A stretch of DNA of 64,000 nt from an uncultured delta proteobacterium (GTDB taxonomy: Bacteria > Myxococcota_A > Polyangia > Haliangiales > Haliangiaceae): NCBI GenBank assembly GCA_963848295.1, contig CAWKDB010000002.1:800001-864000 (forward strand), given 5' to 3'. Both the position numbers and the translations under genes were made by a program. Of the stretch, positions 56,185-64,000 are shown piece by piece. Within the stretch, counting starts at the first letter, position 1. The number at the start of each line of letters is the position of its first letter. The notes under the pieces are model-generated. The model did no database searches and had not been told where the DNA came from. It worked only from the letters and a program-made list of their open reading frames with translations.

Positions 56185-57707
56185 GCCTTCACGCTATCAC
56201 GCTCGCGCTGGTGATCGCCGCCGCCTGCTCCGGCCGTCGCCGGACCCCGGACGACACGATCGTCGTCGCGATCGAGACCCCGATGACGACGCCCGACCCG
56301 CGCCACGACATCAACAAGATCGACGAGAAGCTGGCGCGCCTGGTGTGCGCTGGCCTGACCGCGCTCGACTCGCCCGACATGGTGCCGCGGCTCGAGCTCG
56401 CCGCGAGCGTCGATCGCGTCGACGACGTCACCTGGGACGTCACGCTCGAGGCCACCGCGAAGTTCTCCGACGGCTCGCCGGTCACCGCCGACGACGTCGC
56501 GCGCACGTTCCGCGAGCTGATCGATCCCGAGTCGCAGAGCGAGTTTCACAAGGCGTGGACCGAGCGGCTCGAGTCGATCGACGTCACCGGCCCGCGCAGC
56601 GTGCGGTTCCACTTGAAGACCCCGCTCGCGACGATCTTCACCGACCTCGACTTCGGCATCCTGTCCTATCACGGGGTGCCGCCCGGCGAGAGCGCGCCCG
56701 ACGTCGTGTGCGCCGGGCCGTACGTGCTGCGCGAGCTGACGTCGCAAGCGGCGTTCCTCGACGCGAATCCGTACTACCTCGGCGGCCCGCCGAAGCTGCC
56801 CCATGTCGAGATCAAGTTCGTGCGCGACGCGAACGCGCGGATCCTGATGCTCGTCGGCGGCTCGGTCGACCTCGTGCAGAACGGCGTGCGACCGGACCTC
56901 GTCGACGATGTCGCCGCCGATCCGAACCTCCGCATCGAGACCGGCCGCAGCGTGATCCTGACCTACATGCTGCTCAACAACGACGATCCGCTGCTCGCGG
57001 ACGTCCGCGTCCGCCGCGCGATCGCGCTCGCGATCGATCGCAAGTCGATCATCGCCGCGCGGTTCCTCGGTCGCGCGATCCCCGCGATCGGCCTGTTGCC
57101 GCCGACCCACTGGGCGTTCGAGCCCGACGTCGCGCGCTACGACTTCGATCCGGTGCGCGCGGGCGAGCTGCTCGATGCCGCGGGCCATCCGCGCGGGCCC
57201 GACGGCGTGCGCTTTCACCTCGTCTACAAGACGTCGTCCGATGACTTCCGGGTCGCGGTCGCGCACGTCATCGCGGCGCAGCTCGCGAAGGTCGGCATCG
57301 ACGTCGAGGTTCGCCCGTTCGAGTTCGCGACGTTCTTCGCGGACCTCAAGCGCGGCAACTATCAGATCGCGACGATGCAGACCGCCGACATCACCGAGCC
57401 GGACTTCTACTACACGTACTTCAACTCGACATGGATCCCGAGCAAGGCGAACCCCGACGGCTACAACCGCTGGCGCTACCGCAACGCCCGGGTCGACGCG
57501 CTGACCATCGCCGGCCGGCGCGAGCTCGACCAGGCCAAGCGCAAGGTGATCTACGGCGAGGTCCAGCGGATCGTGGCCAGCGACGTCCCGATCGTGCCGC
57601 TCTGGCACGAGGACAACGTCGCGATTACCGGCGCGGACCTGCGGGGTTACACGATCGTTCCCAACGCCGGGCTGACCGGCTTGATCGGGGTTACGAAGCA
57701 TCGCTGA
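56175..57707 (+). CDS. ABC-type solute-binding lipoprotein, family 5
   Basis: Lipobox AAAC, FSDGSPVTADDV, GPY, LADVRVRRAIALAIDR, DVPIVPLW. Start uncertain. Confidence 0.9.
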   Translation: MSTRLHAITLALVIAAACSGRRRTPDDTIVVAIETPMTTPDPRHDINKIDEKLARLVCAGLTALDSPDMVPRLELAASVDRVDDVTWDVTLEATAKFSDGSPVTADDVARTFRELIDPESQSEFHKAWTERLESIDVTGPRSVRFHLKTPLATIFTDLDFGILSYHGVPPGESAPDVVCAGPYVLRELTSQAAFLDANPYYLGGPPKLPHVEIKFVRDANARILMLVGGSVDLVQNGVRPDLVDDVAADPNLRIETGRSVILTYMLLNNDDPLLADVRVRRAIALAIDRKSIIAARFLGRAIPAIGLLPPTHWAFEPDVARYDFDPVRAGELLDAAGHPRGPDGVRFHLVYKTSSDDFRVAVAHVIAAQLAKVGIDVEVRPFEFATFFADLKRGNYQIATMQTADITEPDFYYTYFNSTWIPSKANPDGYNRWRYRNARVDALTIAGRRELDQAKRKVIYGEVQRIVASDVPIVPLWHEDNVAITGADLRGYTIVPNAGLTGLIGVTKHR

Positions 57708-57761
57708 CCGGCTCGGCGCGCTTCCCCGCGCCCGCACCGTGTGGTACCTACGGTTGCTGAA

Positions 57762-58021
57762 ATGGCCGCCATCGACCCCGCCGTGGAAGAGCTCTTCGTC
57801 GGCATCGCGCATGCGCTGTTCGTCAATCGCTTGCACGTGCTTCGCCTGACCGAGGTCGTTCGCCTCGGCATCAAGCCGGACCCGCACGACCAGAACATGG
57901 AAGTGCCGCCGGACATCGACAAAGAGTTGATCAACCAGGCGTTCGCGTACGTCCAGCGCCACTTCCCGCCCACGTTCGCGACCAAGATCGAGACCGCGAA
58001 GGCTCGCTGGGTCCGCCTGGC

Positions 58022-58025
<4 letters not shown>
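57762..58025 (+). CDS. Small hypothetical protein
   Basis: MAAIDPAVEELFVGIAHALFVNRLHVLRLTE...; good codon usage; shares a CTAG stop with rarA. Confidence 0.75.
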
Positions 58026-59344
<1,319 letters not shown>

Positions 59345-59518
59345 GGGTTTCCTTACCGCGTCGCCAGGGATCTCGCGAGCATGTGTGTGGCTGTCGTTAT
59401 CCCCGTGCTGGAGACACCTCACCCGGCAAGTGGGGCTGTCGCGCGGCGCGTCGTGGCGCCGGGTTCATGGGTTAACCGCTACCTACCCGTGGCACCGACC
59501 TTGCTCCTTGTCGGGAGC

Positions 59519-60043
59519 ATGTTGGTCGACGAAACCGCACCGCCCTCCGGCGGTGCTGCCGGTCTCGGGCAAGCCGTGACCGTCGAAGTCGTCTACCGGT
59601 ATCGCGCCCTGCTCGGGAAGTGCGACCTGGGCCTGGGCCTCGACTGGGACGAGATCGAGCTCGTCACGATGATCGAAGCGACGTTCGCGCCGAGCTCCGA
59701 CGATCGACGGATGAAGACCGGCCGGCGGTTCCGCCGCGAGCGCGTGGCGTTGCCGGCGCTGATTCGCGGCGACCGGATCAACGATCGGATCGAAGTGTGC
59801 GAGCTCGGGCCCGGCGGCTTGGTCGCGCAGGCGGCGCCGTTCATCGCGCATGGCGAGCGGGTCGAGATCGTGATCGAGCTCGCCGATCGCAGCTATCGGT
59901 TCGCCGCAGATGGCGTGTGGATGAAGGACGACGTCACCGACTATCGGGTCGGCCTGCGCTTCGTCGGCATCCCGGTGTGCTTGCACCGCGGCACGCCGGG
60001 CGAGAAGACCGACGTGCTCGAGCGCATCTCGGCGGCGGCGTAG
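59519..60043 (+). CDS. PilZ-domain protein
   Basis: RRFRRERV (RxxxR), ELGPGG (DxSxxG-like), VGLRFVG; GGGAG SD. Confidence 0.72.
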   Translation: MLVDETAPPSGGAAGLGQAVTVEVVYRYRALLGKCDLGLGLDWDEIELVTMIEATFAPSSDDRRMKTGRRFRRERVALPALIRGDRINDRIEVCELGPGGLVAQAAPFIAHGERVEIVIELADRSYRFAADGVWMKDDVTDYRVGLRFVGIPVCLHRGTPGEKTDVLERISAAA

Positions 60044-60057
60044 CAGATCGCCAGCTG

Positions 60058-60369
60058 CCGCTGCCGCTGCCGCTGCCGTCGCCGGAGCCGCTGCCGTTGC
60101 CGCTGCCGCCGCTGTCGCCGTTGCCGTCGCCGCTGCCGAGTCCGTCGCCGCTGCCGTCGCCGAGTCCGTCGCCGTTGCCGTCGCCGCTGCCGTCGCCGCT
60201 GCCGTCGCCGCTGCCGCTGCCGAGTCCGTCGCCGCTGCCGTCGCCGTTGCCGTCGCCGCTGCCGTCGCCGTTGCCGCTGCCGCTGCCGAGTCCGTCGCCG
60301 CTGCCGTCGCCGTTGCCGTCGCCGTTGCCGTCGCCGAGTCCGAACAGGTGGCCGCTGCCGACCCCGAGT
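60058..60369. repeat. Degenerate hexamer array, 52 in-register units (CCGCTG/CCGTCG/CCGTTG/CCGAGT)
   Basis: Read directly; lies 3' of the minus-strand four-helix-bundle gene. Confidence 0.92.
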
Positions 60370-60409
60370 CGGGAATCGCGGCCGACGTGATCGACCGCGG
60401 GCGATCGGC

Positions 60410-60733
60410 TCAGTGCGTGAGGCGCCAGAGGATCGCGCGGACGTGGTCGAGCGGCTCGTCGACCGCCGCGAAGTCCTCGGCGGTGATGACGCCGCGGGCG
60501 CGCGCGATCAGGAGGGCGGTCGTGAGCTCGCTCGCGCTGCCGGCGGCGCGGCGATAAAAGTCGGGGCGATCGAGCCCGACGCGCATGCGGCCTTCGCTGA
60601 GGTTGAGCGCGACGCTCTCGCCGGCGCGGGCGATCTCGTCGGCGAGTGACTTGCGCGTGCGGCGCACCTTGGCCTCGACAGGGGCGAGCTGCTGCAGGAC
60701 GGCGAGGGCGAAGTCGAGGGCGTAGAACGACAT
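60410..60733 (-). CDS. Four-helix-bundle protein (23S rRNA IVP / Avd-like family), copy A
   Basis: [19 protein letters not shown]...[11 protein letters not shown]...ARG family motifs; GGAGG SD. Confidence 0.88.
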   Translation of the reverse strand: MSFYALDFALAVLQQLAPVEAKVRRTRKSLADEIARAGESVALNLSEGRMRVGLDRPDFYRRAAGSASELTTALLIARARGVITAEDFAAVDEPLDHVRAILWRLTH

Positions 60734-60754
60734 GGTGATCCTCCGAAGTGAGTG

Positions 60755-60952
60755 GCCGATGGGTAGGAACGTCTCTCTCTCGCCCGTCGCGCCGCACTCG
60801 CGCGGGTCCCGTGACGAGCGCGGGCACTACGTCCCGCACGCGCCGGTCGATTCAACTCCGCGGCGGTCGATCGCACACGTCGGCGCACTCGGCGCTCGGC
60901 GCGGGACAAGCGCGAAGCGGCGCAGGGCGAGAGAGACGTTCCGCCCACCGGC
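60755..60952 (-). ncRNA. Putative structured RNA/DNA element, 198-nt rod hairpin upstream of copy A
   Basis: Basal stem GCCGGTGGG.GGAACGTCTCTCTCGCCC / GGGCGAGAGAGAGACGTTCC..CCCATCGGC; core 60778-60930 homologous to 61403-61555. Confidence 0.72.
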
Positions 60953-60989
60953 GCGAGCGAAGGAGCATCGAGTGCTCGAAGGCCGGTCG

Positions 60990-61364
<375 letters not shown>

Positions 61365-61380
61365 CCACCTTTCGCCCCTC

Positions 61381-61579
61381 GCGGCTTCCGATCGCCGGGC
61401 CGTCGCCCTGCGCCGCTTCGCGCCAGCACCGCGCCGAGCGCCGAGACCACCGACGCCTGCGAGGGGCCGCCGCAGAGTTGGGTCGACCGACGCGTGCGGA
61501 GATCTGTGCTCGCGCTCGTCACGGCGCCGGCGCGAGTGCGGCGCGACGGGCGAGACGGCCCCGGCGATCGGTGCGCCGC
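61381..61579 (+). ncRNA. Putative structured RNA/DNA element, 199-nt rod hairpin upstream of copy B
   Basis: Basal stem GCGGC..CCGATCGCCGGGCCGTCGCCC / GGGCGAGACGGCCCCGGCGATCGG...GCCGC; same core as copy A. Confidence 0.72.
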
Positions 61580-61600
61580 TCATCCACGAAAGGCAACACC

Positions 61601-61921
61601 ATGCTCGATGTCCTCGCTCAATCGCTCACCGTCCTCGAACAGCTCGCCCCGGTCGAACCGAAACTTCGCTCGCGCCGCAAGTCGCTCGCCGACGAGATCG
61701 GCCGCGCCGCGGAGAGCGTCGCGCTCAACATCGCCGAGGCGAGCGCGCGCGCCCGGCTCGATCGGCCCGACATGTTCCGCCGCGCGTTCGGCAGCGCGCG
61801 CGAGCTGTCCGCGGCGCTGCTCATCGCGAAGGCGCGCGGCTACATCACCGCCGACGACTTCGCCGCGATCGAGGCGCCACTCGATCGCGTGCGCGCGATG
61901 CTGTTCCGGCTCACGCGGTGA
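61601..61921 (+). CDS. Four-helix-bundle protein (23S rRNA IVP / Avd-like family), copy B
   Basis: [18 protein letters not shown]...[10 protein letters not shown]...ARGYI; GAAAGG SD; about 68/106 residues identical to copy A by hand count. Confidence 0.88.
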   Translation: MLDVLAQSLTVLEQLAPVEPKLRSRRKSLADEIGRAAESVALNIAEASARARLDRPDMFRRAFGSARELSAALLIAKARGYITADDFAAIEAPLDRVRAMLFRLTR

Positions 61922-62093
61922 GCGCGGGCGTCGGCGTTGATTCCGCACCTTTGCCGGATTCAAACCATGTCCGTACCGGCCGACGCCGAAGCCGTATCCG
62001 ACGCCGAAGCGGTCGCCGCGTGTGTCCGCACGCTCGCCGCGTTGCTCGCCGAACGGTCCAGTGGTACCACCGTCCTCGAAAAAGGAGTCCACG

Positions 62094-62513
62094 ATGGCCG
62101 AGCTCAAGGGCACGAAGACCCACACGAACCTCAAAGAAGCCTTCGCCGGCGAGTCGCAGGCGAACCGTCGCTACCTCTACTTCGCGAAGGTCGCCGACGT
62201 CGAAGGCCACACCGACATCGCGGGCTTGTTCCGCGACACCGCTGAAGGCGAGACCGGCCACGCTCACGGCCACCTCGACTACTTGAAGCGCGTCGGCGAT
62301 CCGGCGACCGGCGAGCCGATCGGCGATACGACGAAGAACCTCAAGGCGTCGGTCGCGGGCGAGACCTACGAGTACACGCAGATGTACCCGGGGTTCGCGA
62401 AGACCGCTCGCGAAGAGGGCTTCACCGAGATCGCCGAGTGGTTCGAGACCCTCGCCCGCGCCGAGCGCTCGCACGCCGGCCGGTTCCAGAAGGGCCTCGA
62501 CGCCCTCAAGTAG
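62094..62513 (+). CDS. Rubrerythrin-family protein without rubredoxin domain
   Basis: [56 protein letters not shown]. Confidence 0.93.
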   Translation: MAELKGTKTHTNLKEAFAGESQANRRYLYFAKVADVEGHTDIAGLFRDTAEGETGHAHGHLDYLKRVGDPATGEPIGDTTKNLKASVAGETYEYTQMYPGFAKTAREEGFTEIAEWFETLARAERSHAGRFQKGLDALK

Positions 62514-62527
62514 GGTACACCCGGGGC

Positions 62528-63115
62528 ATGAGCCTCGTCCGACCGATCACGAGGCGGGACATCAAAGGCCCCGCCCTCTACGCGGTGATGCGCGATGACT
62601 ATCGCGACCGCGTCATCGAGCTGAAGAAGGCGCGGCGGGTGAGCGTCGGCGACCGCGTCGAGATCGTATTCGACAACCGGCACACGCTGACGCTCCAGAT
62701 CGAAGAGGCGTGCCGGCTCGAGAACCTGACCCGCGATGATCAGATTCAACCGGAGATCGATCAGAGCAACCAGCTGATGCCGACCGAGACCTCGCTCGCG
62801 GCGACGCTGTTCCTGCCGTTGCCGTCGGATGTCGACGCGCGCGTGGCGATGGGCGAGCTGGTCGGCCTCGACGAGCACGTCGTGCTCGCGATCGGCCCTC
62901 ACGTCCTGCGCGCCGTGTTCGAGCCCGGACGCTCGACCGACGAGCGGATCTCGGCGGTGCAATACCTGCGGTTCGAGCTCGCGCCCGCGGTCAAGGTGGC
63001 GCTGCGCACGCCGGGGACGCCGCTCGTCATCGAGATCGATCACCCGAACTATCGCCACCGCGTGGCGTGCAGCGAAGCGCTGCGCGAATCGCTCGCCGCC
63101 GATTACGATGCGTAG
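62528..63115 (+). CDS. DUF3501-family protein
   Basis: [10 protein letters not shown]...FDNRHT...[34 protein letters not shown]; follows rubrerythrin. Confidence 0.85.
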   Translation: MSLVRPITRRDIKGPALYAVMRDDYRDRVIELKKARRVSVGDRVEIVFDNRHTLTLQIEEACRLENLTRDDQIQPEIDQSNQLMPTETSLAATLFLPLPSDVDARVAMGELVGLDEHVVLAIGPHVLRAVFEPGRSTDERISAVQYLRFELAPAVKVALRTPGTPLVIEIDHPNYRHRVACSEALRESLAADYDA

Positions 63116-63608
63116 GCTCGCGCTCGCGCTGCTCGTCGCGTGCGGCGGGCACAAGCCCGTGGACTCCGCCCCGGCGACCCCGTTCGCGTGTCGCGATCGA
63201 CTCGCGAGCTACGTCGCGACCGGCGGCTTGAGCGGCGACGAGATCGGCGTGCAGATCGACTGCGCCGAGGTCGGCCCGCGGATCAAGCGCTGGCGCAGCG
63301 ACAAGGCCGGCACTCGGCTCGACGACGCGCGCGGCCTGACCCCGCAGCAGTTCGACGGGCTGTGGGACGAGATCGATGCCACCGGGTGGCCGAACCTCAA
63401 GAACTGCACGAACGGCTCGGGCGACAAGCACGACCCGGTCTGGACGTTCGACGTCAAAGACGATCAGAACAAGGCGTCGTTCAAGTGTCAGGCGCGCGTG
63501 GCGCCCGCGCCGTACAACTCGATCGTCGATCCGCTCGACCTCGCCGCGAATCGCGGCACGCACCAACTCGGCGGCGACGAGCCGGCCGGCGCGAAGGCGG
63601 ACAAGTGA
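63108..63608 (+). CDS. Hypothetical lipoprotein
   Basis: [12 protein letters not shown] lipobox; four further Cys. Confidence 0.75.
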   Translation: MRRLALALLVACGGHKPVDSAPATPFACRDRLASYVATGGLSGDEIGVQIDCAEVGPRIKRWRSDKAGTRLDDARGLTPQQFDGLWDEIDATGWPNLKNCTNGSGDKHDPVWTFDVKDDQNKASFKCQARVAPAPYNSIVDPLDLAANRGTHQLGGDEPAGAKADK

Positions 63609-64000
63609 CCGAGCTGTCGGGGTCGACCGCGATCGTCACCGGCGCGAGCCGCGGCATCGGGCGCGCGATCGCGATGCGGCTCGCCGAGCACGGGGCCGAC
63701 GTCGCGTTGTGGGCGCGCGATCAAGCGGCGCTGCGCATGGTCGCCGGCGAGATCCACGCCGCGCGCGGCAAGGCGCGATCGATCATGGTCGACATCACCG
63801 ATCCTCAAGCGGTCGAGCGCGCCGCCGATCTCGTGCGCGCGACGATGCCGCCGGTGCGCACGGTCGTGAACAACGCCGGAGCGGTCCTGCGCAAGTCGAC
63901 CGAGGCGATCACCGACGCCGAGTGGCGCAAGATCATGGCGGTCAACCTCGACGGCACGTTCGCGGTGACGCGCGCGTTCCTGCCGGATCTGCAGCACAAC
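63605..64000 (+). CDS. SDR-family oxidoreductase, runs off the right edge
   Basis: Not in the ORF track. GTG at 63605: TAIVTGASRGIGRAIA...VVNNAG...VNLDG. Confidence 0.9.
   Translation, partial: MTELSGSTAIVTGASRGIGRAIAMRLAEHGADVALWARDQAALRMVAGEIHAARGKARSIMVDITDPQAVERAADLVRATMPPVRTVVNNAGAVLRKSTEAITDAEWRKIMAVNLDGTFAVTRAFLPDLQHN

Overview
GC-rich chromosomal window. The gene content (Ser/Thr kinases, MglA-like GTPase, AgmX/GltJ-like protein, mevalonate pathway) suggests Myxococcota; this is an inference. Most of it is core/signalling DNA: an ABC exporter, PAS/GAF histidine kinases, larB-larC, two CNNM/CBS genes, hemW-hrcA-grpE-dnaK-dnaJ, a cysteine desulfurase, an HDAC, gpsA, an SBP-HK-diguanylate cyclase module, a TatT/DctPQM (TPAT-type TRAP) transporter coupled to a mevalonate/squalene synthase operon, dacB, rarA and rubrerythrin-DUF3501. 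Two apparently identical IS630-family copies both have C|TA...TA|G junctions. The most notable structure is at 60.06-62.02 kb: two back-to-back copies of one module, made of a hexamer array, a ~198-nt rod-like hairpin, an Avd-like four-helix-bundle gene, conserved 3' motifs and a second hexamer array. The two hairpins share a gap-free 153-nt core (~83% identical, counted by eye) and have basal stems that differ in sequence but still pair. Other non-coding structure: a third long rod hairpin (51.8-52.06 kb), two doublets of a 26-bp palindromic repeat, and many leaderless-type promoters. Several genes carry indels that look like assembly errors. All calls were made by eye from motifs; no database searches were run.
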